DNA of 64,000 bases from assembly GCA_965644495.1 (NCBI GenBank), contig CBFFSA010000001.1, positions 62,001-126,000 on the forward strand, read 5' to 3'. The notes under the pieces are model-generated. The model was not told the DNA's origin, did not search any database, and worked only from the letters and a program-made list of their open reading frames with translations. The stretch comes from Perkinsela sp. CCAP 1560/9 (lineage: Eukaryota > Protista > Euglenozoa: Kinetoplastea). Made by a program: the position numbers and the translations under genes. This document shows positions 21,901-32,358 of this stretch, in pieces (positions within the stretch are counted from its first letter, which is position 1; every line of letters starts with the position of its first letter).

Positions 21901-22273
21901 TCCACCGTATATCTGTATATCGACGAGCACAAAAATAGGTTGAATGTAAACTATTTTTTTTGTAAACTATATCAAAATAAGTGCCTTTTAATAACCCATA
22001 TTTTGCCCCCTCATTTAATTTCGAATTGTATCCATATGCATAGAGTAAGCTTTGAGAGACTGAATGTAGAATGCTTCATCGAACAAATTTTCGGACGTTT
22101 CGTAAGGGGCGTCATAAGATAAGCCTGGGATAGTAAATGTATACAATGTACGATAAGTAGGGTCCTGTACGTAAAAGGAAACAAATGAGAAACTTACTGG
22201 AATAAAAAAATTATTTCTTCGAAAAATATTGAATAAAACTTCTATTGAGGTGTCATGCGATGTAACAAGACAA

Positions 22274-25200
22274 ATGTCTGCACTTTTTTGCCTAGGAACC
22301 TTGCGGCATCAAGGCTTCAGTAAAATTTCAATTCCAGTATCTTGCTTTACCTTGATTGAAGTCAGTACAGGATCTCATCGCGACGTCGATTTAAGAAGTT
22401 CTTCATGCATCGAAGACTGCAAAAAGTGGGTAAGTCAACAGGTGCGCAAACAAGAAACTTTATCTTCTCCACTAATACCGATCGTCATTCCAGCTGATAC
22501 GGGATTCGATATTGATCACTTCTCATTTTTGACTAATCTCCCTACAACAGATTCTATCAAAACAATGCAAGAGAGATTTAAGCAAAACTACAAGAATAGC
22601 GACGTCAAACGAAGTGATAATCCCACTCACGACTCTTTATCAGAAGCCAACGAAGTGCGCCGTCAACTTAATGAGCTGAAACGATTGGCCGCGTTTGAAA
22701 AATCAAAGGAGATCGTTGTTTCTCAATTCATGCGTAACCCCGCTTCAATATGTTTTATTTCCTTAGCAAATACACGGGACCATTCAGGCAAGTCTGTCAA
22801 AATTTCAGCACTGCTAATGCCATTATCATTAGTTCAGGGTCCAATAGAATCAAAAAATGAAATTAATGCATCTAAAGTATATTTTTCAGAGGCTTGCGCA
22901 TCCGAGAGCGAAGCTTTGCATGCGCTTCATACCAAGTTTTTCCGGCCTCGAAAGTACACGAATGGTGCCGAAAAGAAATACCAGAGACTTACAGGGGCTG
23001 TCTTGTTAATACCATGCTCGGGTGCTTCATTTGAGTTTACATTTAAGTGCGCTGATATGTGGAACTCTTGCATGACTTCAGAAACATCACCCTTTGTTTT
23101 AAATTCTTACATACACCTCCGACTACAAGCAGTAAAATCCATGGATCTTCATCCTTGTTTTATCTCCGAAGCGCAAGCTCCAGAAACAGCCTTGCACGAA
23201 CTATGCACTATAACACAAAGCGTCACAGTTTCTCGTCTAGCTCACGCAATATATAAAAACAGAAATTGGGACGTACACCCTGCAGCATCACACACACAAG
23301 GAAGCCGAAATGCCGGAAAAAATGTACCCGTAATTAGCGACCAAAAGTTCGCTGATCCCAAGTTATATCTCAACTTTTTTCGTAGCGCTGACAGAGCGAA
23401 AAGAGAGAATTGCGTGCTACGTTTCTATCGCGCTCCATTTTTCATTTTCATGTACACGACCAGAAAATGTTTTCATAAGAGAATGGCGAGTCCTTTTTGT
23501 GACCAGAATCGTGTGGTTCTCCCAGGGTACCTCGACTACAACGGAAATCTCACAATTCCAGAAGAGAAATTGCAGCATCGTGAGGATATGAAACTCCCAC
23601 CATTAGACGAGTACGACGTGATTGTGGGACACAACCTGAAATTTGATCTTCTGTGGTTATGGAAAGACCCAGAGCTGCGTCGATTTCTGCGTCGCGGAGG
23701 ACGTGTGTGGGATACAATGTATGCGGAGTATCTGCTTAGCGGCCAGAGGGTTCGTGTAGGAACGGGTGCAGGCCTTAACGAAGTCGCCGTACGCTACGGG
23801 GGGACACGAAAGCTAGATGCAATCAAAGCCATGTGGGACCGCGGAGTGGACACTGCCGACATTGACACCAATTTGCTTCGTGAATACCTTGAGGGGGATC
23901 TTCGTAATACGGAGCGCATATTCCGAAGGCAGCTAGAGATCGCTGTGGCGAACAAACAAGCGTTGGTTATTGAAGCCCGGATGGATATTGTGCCATGTAC
24001 AGTTGAAATGGAATTTAATGGGCTATATGTGGGATGTGAGACCATCAAGTCAAAGAAATCAGATGTTGCCCATAAAATACAAGCGTTGCGCCAGAGAATG
24101 AACTTAGGCTTGACCCAATTTTTTGGCAAGAGTATTCCTGATGGCTGGTGTATCGATTTTGACTGGAATTCCGCCGAAAATGTCCTTGAGCTGTATCTTT
24201 CCAACTGTTCCCTCTCGTGTGATATTAGTTTTTCTTGCAGAGTATGGTCGAAAGAAGAGGTTGCTGCGAGCTCTACAAGGTTGAATACTGTGAAGCAAAA
24301 GCTGCATATTACGGATCGGATGCCCCTATGTTACGCAGTTTGCCCTGATCCTGTCGAACGCGACGAAGCTTTTCTTGATTTGCTTGAAGAGGATGGAAAT
24401 GCGACAAATAATTTTAAAATTACACTCAGCGACCTTCTTGAGATCTGTATATCTAAAGGATGTATTTTAAGCAAAGATTTACGGGAGTTTCGACTTCTTT
24501 GTAGGCTGTCGTCATCTTTTATGCGGAACGGAAAAGAGACCCCTTCGTCGGATCCGTCGGATAGTGGAATGTTTTCTCTAGTTCACTCTTCAGTATCCCG
24601 TCTGCACACTGAATTCATGCTGACGAGTAGTGTAACAACACGCATGTCGGCAAGAAATCCAAACACACAATCCATTCCAAAACGCGCGGAGATACGAGAA
24701 TTGCTTGTATCACGTTTTCATTCTGAAGGAATGATGCTTGAGGGAGATTATTCTCAGCTAGAAGTTCGTGCTTTAGCTGCCCTATCGGGAGATCGCAATT
24801 TGCTGAACGACCTCCATGATGGTGTAGATTTTCATTGTAAGCGCGCCGCGATGATTTCTCCAGAACTTGGGTACGAAAACATTTTGCGCGCATCAGTGCG
24901 AGAAAAAGACCCTGGAATGGTTAATTTACGCCAAAAGGCGAAAGTTTTTTCGTTTCAACGACAATATGGGGCAAGCCCTCAAACCATCGCCCAGCATACC
25001 TCTCTTTCTTTGGATGCTGTTGAGAAAGTCATTGAAGCGGAAAACGCCACATATGCCGATGTTGAGCGATATTTTGGAATGCTGCGCACTATAGCAACTC
25101 ACAGCGCACAGATATTGGAACTCACTAACAAGGGTGCAAGCAGAGTTCCCACCGATATGTCTAATGTGTTTTTGCTAAGCGGAACTCGTTTTCACCTTTC

Positions 25201-25600
25201 TGCAGTATGTGATGGTAATTCGACGGGCGTGATGATGAAAACTTCCGAATCTATTAGTGTTTCGAATACACAACTGAGGAACTATCCTGTTCAAGGGTTT
25301 GCTGCAGAAATAGTGCAGGTAATGTTGGGAAAATTGTGGAGGCATTTTGTAGGGAACAATAATTACGGTAACATGGCTTTTTTAACAAATACTGTACATG
25401 ACAGCGTCTGGGTAGACTGTCACAAGAGTGTAATCGACACAGTAGCGAACGATGTGAAGGGTATTCTAGCTTCTGTTTCAAAAACGTTTCAGACAACTTG
25501 GCCTGAAATAGCGTTTTACGATCTCATGTTTCCTGTTACACTGTATCGCGGACAGAATTTACATTCTCTGTCCCGTTTTGAATTAACAAATATTCTTTAA
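22274..25600 (+). CDS. Second tandem mitochondrial family-A DNA polymerase, ExoI acidic residues absent
   Basis: Motifs A, B and C intact (DYSQLE, RQKAKVFSFQRQYG, VHD). ExoI position reads FFIFMYTT. First ATG is at 22274. Confidence 0.9.
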   Translation: MSALFCLGTLRHQGFSKISIPVSCFTLIEVSTGSHRDVDLRSSSCIEDCKKWVSQQVRKQETLSSPLIPIVIPADTGFDIDHFSFLTNLPTTDSIKTMQERFKQNYKNSDVKRSDNPTHDSLSEANEVRRQLNELKRLAAFEKSKEIVVSQFMRNPASICFISLANTRDHSGKSVKISALLMPLSLVQGPIESKNEINASKVYFSEACASESEALHALHTKFFRPRKYTNGAEKKYQRLTGAVLLIPCSGASFEFTFKCADMWNSCMTSETSPFVLNSYIHLRLQAVKSMDLHPCFISEAQAPETALHELCTITQSVTVSRLAHAIYKNRNWDVHPAASHTQGSRNAGKNVPVISDQKFADPKLYLNFFRSADRAKRENCVLRFYRAPFFIFMYTTRKCFHKRMASPFCDQNRVVLPGYLDYNGNLTIPEEKLQHREDMKLPPLDEYDVIVGHNLKFDLLWLWKDPELRRFLRRGGRVWDTMYAEYLLSGQRVRVGTGAGLNEVAVRYGGTRKLDAIKAMWDRGVDTADIDTNLLREYLEGDLRNTERIFRRQLEIAVANKQALVIEARMDIVPCTVEMEFNGLYVGCETIKSKKSDVAHKIQALRQRMNLGLTQFFGKSIPDGWCIDFDWNSAENVLELYLSNCSLSCDISFSCRVWSKEEVAASSTRLNTVKQKLHITDRMPLCYAVCPDPVERDEAFLDLLEEDGNATNNFKITLSDLLEICISKGCILSKDLREFRLLCRLSSSFMRNGKETPSSDPSDSGMFSLVHSSVSRLHTEFMLTSSVTTRMSARNPNTQSIPKRAEIRELLVSRFHSEGMMLEGDYSQLEVRALAALSGDRNLLNDLHDGVDFHCKRAAMISPELGYENILRASVREKDPGMVNLRQKAKVFSFQRQYGASPQTIAQHTSLSLDAVEKVIEAENATYADVERYFGMLRTIATHSAQILELTNKGASRVPTDMSNVFLLSGTRFHLSAVCDGNSTGVMMKTSESISVSNTQLRNYPVQGFAAEIVQVMLGKLWRHFVGNNNYGNMAFLTNTVHDSVWVDCHKSVIDTVANDVKGILASVSKTFQTTWPEIAFYDLMFPVTLYRGQNLHSLSRFELTNIL
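23486..23997 (+). repeat. 512-bp near-identical copy of 19246-19757 (exonuclease domain)
   Basis: Constant offset of 4240 bp; 4 mismatches seen by eye; flanks strongly diverged. Confidence 0.92.
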
Positions 25601-26044
25601 ATATTCAGAACTTATAAAATTTTCATGCGCACCTTGCCGTTTTCAAACAAAATTTTTGTTCATCTAATTCTTTGTTTTCATTAGTTTCTATTGTACCTCT
25701 AGTTTCTATTTTTTGAGAAACAACTCTGTCTGTCTGTACGGCATACTGATTTGTCACTTTTTCTTCGAAATATGATTATTTTCTTGCCTACTATGCGTGA
25801 ATATTTTTATCTGCCTTATCATGATCGATCGAATGTACGGGAGTAGTATTGCATTGTACCAATTAAAAAAAAATCTTTACTGACAAGTCGGTCACTTTGT
25901 GATATTGGCGAATTAATAAAAAAAATTCGTCGTCAGATTGAACCAATATTGCCGAATTTTTAATATCACACTATACACTGCGAAAATAATAGGCGAGATC
26001 TTTCACCAATATAACATGTGTCTCACGACTGGCACAGTAGTACA

Positions 26045-26404
26045 GTCCAGATATTGATTTCCCCCCAGCCCACAGAGCACACCGTAATAGCTTTTAAACT
26101 AATTCCTTTGGCATTCAACAGATCTCGAAAAGCAGGAGAGTTTCCCGCCGGTTGTTTGCCTATCACCCCCCCCCCCCTGGGTCCTGGATGGGCATGGTCA
26201 AAGTTGGGAAATTTTTGAAAAAGTGGGATGTTTTAGTAAAAATATGCTCTTTCTTCGCGTTGTTTTCTAATTATTTTTGACCCAAGGAGGGGGGGGTGAT
26301 AGGCAAACAAACGGCGGGAAACGCTCCAGCTTTTCGAGATTAGTTGAATTACACAGGAATTAGGTTGAATGCTCTGTAGCCTGGGGGGAAACCAGTACCT
26401 GGCC
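26045..26404. mobile_element. MITE with long (about 130-bp) imperfect TIRs
   Basis: TTTCCCCCCAG..ATCTCGAAAAGC..TTTCCCGCC..GTTTGCCTATCACCCCCCCC is mirrored at about 26278-26404. Confidence 0.75.
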
Positions 26405-26640
26405 ATTAAATATTTAATAGCTCCTTTTGCTCTTGGCTTAGAATAAACTGACGAAACGATTTTTAGAAAATCGTCTCCGTAATCCTCGGAAGGATACATT
26501 ACAGATTCACACACGACTGCCCACAACAAGGCTCTATATTAATCGTGCAGCTGAGCTGCAGAGATAATCACTGAGAAAGAAGACACGCACAAAACGTGCT
26601 GTTTGCTTAGAAGTCGTCACTGCTGAAAGTTGAGCACCTC

Positions 26641-27015
26641 CTACGTAGGGTTGTCACGGTGCTGGTAGATTACAAAACTACTTCGAATAGCGCGCCGGAC
26701 CATCTTCTCCCGGCACGCAGAAGCAGCACTTTTGCTGCCTGCGAATAGGGAATTTAGAGCGCGCGTAGTAGAGTTTAACTTCCCCCTTGCCCCTACTTCA
26801 AAGACAAGAAGAAACGTCGACGGATTATGTAGTTTCCGTTGATTATAAATATAGCTGTATTTCTGAGCTTTCCGCTCATGAGCCTCTGTAAAGTTTTCCT
26901 CCCAGGAGGAGGTTAGCTCGATCATAAATTCCGTCCCATTGTACAGCTTCACCCACCCGTCTCGTCTCATTTCAGTTTGGTGCGAGAACCAGGCTGGTGG
27001 GTTCCTGTATTATAA
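26641..27015 (-). mobile_element. 3' fragment of an RLE-type non-LTR retrotransposon (HERO/NeSL-like endonuclease domain)
   Basis: T-E-M-R-(R for P)-D-G-W..IELTSSWEENFTEAHERKAQKY..EVGARG..RRAIRSSFVIY. Confidence 0.85.
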
Positions 27016-27115
27016 GTTCCTGTATTATTATAATACAGGAACCCACCAGCCTGGTTCTCGCACCAAACTGAAATGAGACGAGACGGGTGGGTGAAGGTGC
27101 ACAATGGGACGGAAT
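26928..27115. repeat. Fold-back palindrome (88-bp arms, 12-bp spacer)
   Basis: 26928-27015 is the inverse of 27028-27115 with 2 mismatches. The spacer GTTCCTGTATTA duplicates the arm end. Confidence 0.92.
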
Positions 27116-27664
27116 AGCGGGTGACCGGTGACCTACCGGTATACCATGCATGGTAAACTCGGTAACCATGTGTTACCAATGGCTCATGCGCAGGAAGCGT
27201 GCCTGGGCGACAATCACCGCATGACACCTTTTTAGAAACAAGATCACTATGATTCTCACGGTTGTGCCACCACAATCTGACCACTTTTGAAAATACAATC
27301 TTTAGAAGGAAATTCTTCTTTTAAGCGTTCCGTTATACGTGAAAAATTCACAATAACTTGTCCAGAACACTTGTCACTCTTCCGCCAATGTGAGAATCCA
27401 CCCTTTTTCACCAAAATATCAACGCTGTTGCACATGATGTGCTTTATTTCCCAAGCAGGGGTCCGAATAACTATAAAACTTTATTATAGGTACTTTAAAG
27501 TAACTATATTTATTTTTCCCTACCTTTATCTACCTTTACTTTTTTGTCAGTGATTTGCACTGGAATCGTACTATTTGGTTGAAATTTTTCAATGCCTGGG
27601 CGCTCGGGTAATACAGAAAGTCGAGCTAAATTTGTCCAGCCTTATTAGCAATGTTGTCAAACGG

Positions 27665-27853
27665 GGCTTCGCAAATTGCTTCCCACTAACGACGCCGCGT
27701 ATGGCTCATGCCCGCTCACGCGGGCCCTCGCCATACCACCCCTTCGGCCTCGCAAATTGCTTCCCACTAACGACGTCGCGTATGGCTCAGGACCGCTCAC
27801 GCGGGCCCTCGCCATACCCCCACTTCGGCTTCGCAAATTGCTTCCCACTGACG
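27665..27853. repeat. 81-bp tandem repeat (about 2.3 copies) with nested hairpins
   Basis: TCGCAAATTG at 27669, 27750 and 27831; GTATGGC..CCGC-TCAC-GCGG..GCCATAC stems. Confidence 0.9.
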
Positions 27854-27881
27854 TTTGTGCTTCATGTAGTTTGTGCAAAAA

Positions 27882-27966
27882 CTACGAGTAGCGGGTTCGA
27901 ACCCCCTTCCAACGCGCATGCTAATGCGTGGGCTAGGCAAATGGACCAATCCGTCCGATATCGTGG
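27882..27966 (-). pseudogene. tRNA-like sequence (Ala-AGC-like anticodon arm)
   Basis: Minus strand: CGCATTAGCATGCG arm, B-box GGTTCGAACCC, then a T5 run; stems imperfect. Confidence 0.5.
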
Positions 27967-28008
27967 ACCCAAGCTTCTTAGCTAATCCCTGTGTAGTCGG
28001 ACTAAAAG

Positions 28009-28083
28009 TACTTCAGTGGGAATCGAACCCAGCCCTCTCAGATGTAGAGTCACTGGACCCGACGACTTGGCGAAAATGAAAAT
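28009..28083 (-). pseudogene. tRNA-like sequence (nominal CTA anticodon, degenerate)
   Basis: Minus strand: A-box-like TCGCCAAGTCG, GACTCTACATC arm, T-arm TGGGTTCGATTCCCA, then T4. Confidence 0.45.
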
Positions 28084-28912
28084 CAACAGTACCCCTTTCA
28101 TCGAGCCCCCCCCCTTTTTTTTGGGATTTTATCACCCGTCTCGATTCACCCCCACCCGGCCACCATAAAGACGAAGAGGCAGAGGTTGTAAACAACCCCC
28201 GCAATAAGACCTTGTACTACTTACAAGGAGGTGCAGGCCGGAAAAGTGGAACTTTGCTTGCGAAAAAAGCACTCGAACCTCATACTCTTCATCCCTGAGT
28301 CATAGTGAAGGAGAAGAGAGTCAGAAAGCGGGAGACAGAAAATGCTGTTGAAAATGCAACTTGATGTCAATCCCTAAACCTTTCAAAGGTGTTCGAAACC
28401 ATGATATAATGGAAGTGTGATCATGGAGTATGAAACGCGACCATTCAGGATCCATTGTTGCAGACACTGGCAATTCCCATGGTAGAACAACATGTTCAAT
28501 ATGTGTCTTGTGTTCTGGAAATGCTACAATCTGGAGTCAACTGGTAGTGGAAAATTTAGAGGCAGAAACATTGATATCATTGTTCAACAATGTAATCGTC
28601 GATATCGCATGGCTTATCAACGACGATTAGAGAAGGCCTGGTAGAAGTGTTTTCCACGTCTGACGCTGATGAAGCCTGTTCGGTACTATAACTGCCTGAA
28701 AACTATACCTGTGCAATATTGTTTCCTATGTATTTTAGGTAATCAGAAAAATCATTCCCTCCAACAAGGCCTACTCTCCGCGACCCGAGCACCCAGACTG
28801 CACTGATTCCCCACCCAAATTGCACAAAAAGTCGACCTCTAAAATTATAGGTACACAAAGCTTTAAAGTAGTATAGGTACTTTATAGTACTTTTATTTTT
28901 TCTACCTATATA

Positions 28913-29844
28913 AACCCCGCCCAACGAAAAGTCACCCCCCACTTTTTTTTCGGCCAAGTGGCCGTTTGAGCTCATTTTTGTTGCATTTTGCAGATCTCAC
29001 CATAGGAACTTTGCGCACCTAAGAGTGGGCTGAAACAAAGAACAACTAGCGTTTCTAGATTACAATTTCCATTTTGTCACTTTTTCGCCTTTGAGTTCTA
29101 TACACTTCTTAAGGCGAGCATCAAAACTCAAAACAGTTTTATCGATCACCTTTTGTGGCAAACGAGACCACGCTTTGCGTATACATCGGATAAGTGAAGG
29201 TTTATCCGATGGAGTCTTTTCGTCCACCGCATTCTGGACCATCGACGAAACGTTTTCTATGGGGGAAAGGTCAGGTGAATTGGGGGGTCAATTTTTAAGT
29301 ACATCACTCATTCTACCTGTAATGTGCTCCATAGAGGAACGGGCAGTGTGTGCCGTAGCCCCATCTTGTTGAAACATACAATTCTGTGGAAATTGTATTT
29401 TCTTCAACGTCTTTACATTACAACATCGGCGGGGTCGAGAGGATCAAGAACTTTCTTAATTTTTTCTCTTCGATACTGAATACTTTTTTTGCGTTACTCA
29501 TTGCGTACTGTGGGGTGGGTTTTTTTTCTTTCAAATATTTTTTACCATTTTAACTGAAACATTGAAATCGCGGGACAATTGCTTTTTTGAGACTCCCTGC
29601 CCGTCTCTCATCCTCAAAAGAACCTTCGCGCTATTCGTAAGCCCCCCTTTTGGCAGTCGGTATGCGGATTTAGGCATTTTTTCGAAAAAACAATTAACAT
29701 TTTTTTTAATATTTTAACATTTTAAAATGAGCTAGAAATAGCAGGATAGATCTCGAAATTCTGAACGGCAAAGTGGTGCATAAACCCCCGTAGGCCCTCA
29801 CGTGTAAGAAAAAGTGGGGGGTGACTTATTCGTTGGGCGGGGTT
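28913..29844 (-). mobile_element. Internally deleted Tc1/IS630-like element (D35E spacing) with TA TSD
   Basis: TIR AACCCCGCCCAACGAA..AGTCACCCCC. Remnant FQQDGATAH..N*PPNSPDLSPIENV. The empty site is preserved in the hAT copy near 63511-63540 and confirms the TA duplication. Confidence 0.92.
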
Positions 29845-30169
29845 TATAAACTATATAAAGTTATTCGGACCCCTGCTTCGCAAGTTCGATGGAGAAATAG
29901 TGAAGGTCAGGAAACGGAAACCCATACTCAACATCAGGCTCGTCGTCCCACCTTTAACTCACTCCCCACTGGGTCTTCCGGATTGAGAAAATAAACTCGT
30001 CCCGTGACAGTGTGGCGCGCGTTGTCGTCCTTGTGTCCCCAAATAGCCTGAATCCATACGCGGTGGCCGCGGGCAAGTAAGAAGCGGACTTTCTGTGAAA
30101 AATCGGACTTTGCAGAATCGCTTAGCGGGGTCGCTATACCCTCAACCTGGTCAGGGTTGATGATCTATA

Positions 30170-31832
30170 CAGGGGGGCCACGAAAACTGACAAGGTCCGC
30201 ATTTTAGCGTCCTGAGGCAGTTTGAGCTGATTTTTGTTGCAAACGGGAGAGCTCGTTCTGAATATCGTGTCTACGCTATTTAAAATACAAAAACGTTCGC
30301 CGGAAAACATTTCCAATGAGTTACAAAAGTGAAATTTTAAACGCCGCGATACTATCCTCCGCGGTAAAAGAGTGGAGGAAGGCGGGTGTCCGCTAATTGA
30401 AAATGCGAAATGACTTTACAAATACAAAATCAGTATCTTATATACTATATACTATAGTACTATAATTTTTTTTTTCAAATTTTAAAGATTTTGCAAATTG
30501 AAAAACGGGTCTAAAATTCGTAATTTTTACGTACCACGGCCCAAAATGTACCCAGAAAGTAGGTCTTAATAGCCAGTATTCCCACCTCCACGCTCACGTA
30601 GTATAGCGAGGCGCGTGGGAAGACTCTTTAGCGTATTCACATACGCCTCGTGACATCCGTTCAACAAATATTCCTTGGCCTTTGGAATAGCCGCTTGTAA
30701 TTCTTTTCGATTCTGTGGACGGAGATGGCTGTGGATGTACTTATCCATCATGCTCCACAAATTCTTAATCAAATTGAGATCAGGAGATTTCGAAGGCCAA
30801 TCAATAATTTTGATGTCTTCCAACTTACCTATTCTCCTGGCTTCCCCATGCCCTGGCGCGTTGTCAAGGACAATTGTAGCCCCGGGGCGGCGATGCATCC
30901 AGTTGAAAAACCCATTTCGTTTTTTCATTGCATTCAAAAAGACCTCATTTGTAACAGTTTCATTTTGTGCGAACTCATGGAAACACGCATCAGGCACTTC
31001 CCAACGGAGACTGGTGGCCATGAATACATGAACTCCTTTCCCCCCATACCACCTATCTAATTGTACTGGTGTTTCCTTGGGGGGGTCAGTCATTTTTGCA
31101 AGGTACGTAATTTTTTTACCGTGTGATCCGCATCGAAAGATTTTTTCGTCGCACCACACAATACGAGACAGCTGATCTGGGCTGAATCCCTCAAAGTAAT
31201 CAGCAAGTTGTAGTCTAGCAGCCTTGTGCTCAGCTGTTAAAAAAGGCTTGTGCGACATCGTCTTAATGACATATCCCATCTTTTTCAAACTCCGTTTCAC
31301 GGTGTTTAGACTACATGGATAAAGTACTTTATCCACTCTCTTATGTACCCATTTAAACCCCGGACACCCGAATTGTGTGTCTCGCTCAGCATCAACAATA
31401 GCACAGAGCATGGCTCGGAACTCCTCCGTATCAACGCCGTTATCGCGCGAGTAGGGTGCACGTGCCACGTCACCTGACTCATCGAAACGCGCTTTGTACC
31501 GAGAGACAGAGCTCTCTGAACAGTTCATCATACGTGCCGTATCCGGAATAGATGTCCCACGGTGTCTTTCGTGTGCGCAGACAATGCGCACAGGATATGA
31601 ACACTGTTCTGGTGATAGCTGGCGACGGTTTAGTCTATTCCGTTTGCCCATAGTAAGGTAAAAAGAAGAAAAAATAGCCTTTTTTACGTTTTTCGATACT
31701 TTTTGCAAAATATTTTGCCCAAAATTTCAATATTTTGAATTTTTTTTTTTGATTAGCAGAAACGGGCTCCAAATAGCGTAGACACGATATTCAGAACGAG
31801 ATCTCTCGTTTGCAACAAAAATCAGCTCAAAC
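30170..31832 (-). mobile_element. Tc1/mariner element, outer part of one TIR missing
   Basis: End TA|CAGGGGGGCCACGAAAA at 30170. 62-bp inverted repeat 30220-30281 / 31771-31832 with 2 mismatches, flanking the transposase. Confidence 0.88.
30566..31651 (-). CDS. Tc1-like DDE transposase (third catalytic residue E replaced by K)
   Basis: HTH N-terminus; KPFLTAEHKAARL; WCDEKIF; LDNAPGH; WPSKSPDLNLIKNLW; C-terminus SLPTRL..GGNTGY. Confidence 0.92.
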   Translation of the reverse strand: MGKRNRLNRRQLSPEQCSYPVRIVCAHERHRGTSIPDTARMMNCSESSVSRYKARFDESGDVARAPYSRDNGVDTEEFRAMLCAIVDAERDTQFGCPGFKWVHKRVDKVLYPCSLNTVKRSLKKMGYVIKTMSHKPFLTAEHKAARLQLADYFEGFSPDQLSRIVWCDEKIFRCGSHGKKITYLAKMTDPPKETPVQLDRWYGGKGVHVFMATSLRWEVPDACFHEFAQNETVTNEVFLNAMKKRNGFFNWMHRRPGATIVLDNAPGHGEARRIGKLEDIKIIDWPSKSPDLNLIKNLWSMMDKYIHSHLRPQNRKELQAAIPKAKEYLLNGCHEAYVNTLKSLPTRLAILRERGGGNTGY

Positions 31833-32358
31833 GGGTGTGCAAGTATGCGCGACAAGAGACGACCATTCGATGGCCTCCTCATAATGAAGTGTATCTTACT
31901 AGTAGTGTAAATATTTGCAACGCTTCTTTTTCTTGTTCCAAAAGAAAAAGATTTCCGCTGCACTTTGCCTCGAGAACTCAACTCATTTTCGGACAATTGA
32001 AATAAGGATTGGAACCAAGGAGATAAATCCTCTTGCAATCCACCTTTTAGATGGGCGACCCCCAACAGAAATATATTCCGACATAGAGTATACTCCGACT
32101 AGAAAGGCGTTGTTTTTGACATCGATACTATCAGTAATGAGATCAAAATTTTGCCTAAGACAGTATTTATAATTAGAATTTTGCTGCACAAAATTACAAA
32201 TCACAACTACACTTCAATCTTGATTTTTGCCATCCTGCTTACGATTAGAGATTCGTCACTCACTTCAGTATGTATCATTTGCGGGACATATTCTAGCACA
32301 TTTGATATTTTTGCTTATTGAATACTGCTCTATACGTTTACATCCTGCACTGTACTGT

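Larger units (their letters stand above)
27456..29875 (+). mobile_element. Degenerate hAT DNA transposon carrying nested insertions
   Basis: TIR CAGGGGTCCGAATAACT / AGTTATTCGGACCCCTG. TSD-like TTCCCAAG/TTCGCAAG. Transposase remnants (IVADTGNSHGRTTCSICV) match the 61.9-kb copy. Confidence 0.85.

Noticed and set aside
27665-27853. CRISPR-like array
   Set aside because: The units are contiguous tandem repeats without unique spacers; no cas genes; eukaryotic context.
28009-28083. Functional amber suppressor tRNA
   Set aside because: The anticodon and D stems are poor and position 37 is a pyrimidine; TAG terminates conserved genes here.
29288-29290. TGA at a conserved Trp suggesting codon reassignment
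   Set aside because: It lies in a deleted, decayed transposase. Host genes use TGG for Trp and end at TGA, TAG and TAA normally.
26641-30790. RIP-like hypermutation of TEs (several G-to-A and C-to-T lesions at conserved codons)
   Set aside because: Too few sites, ancestral codons are guessed, and ordinary transition bias is sufficient.
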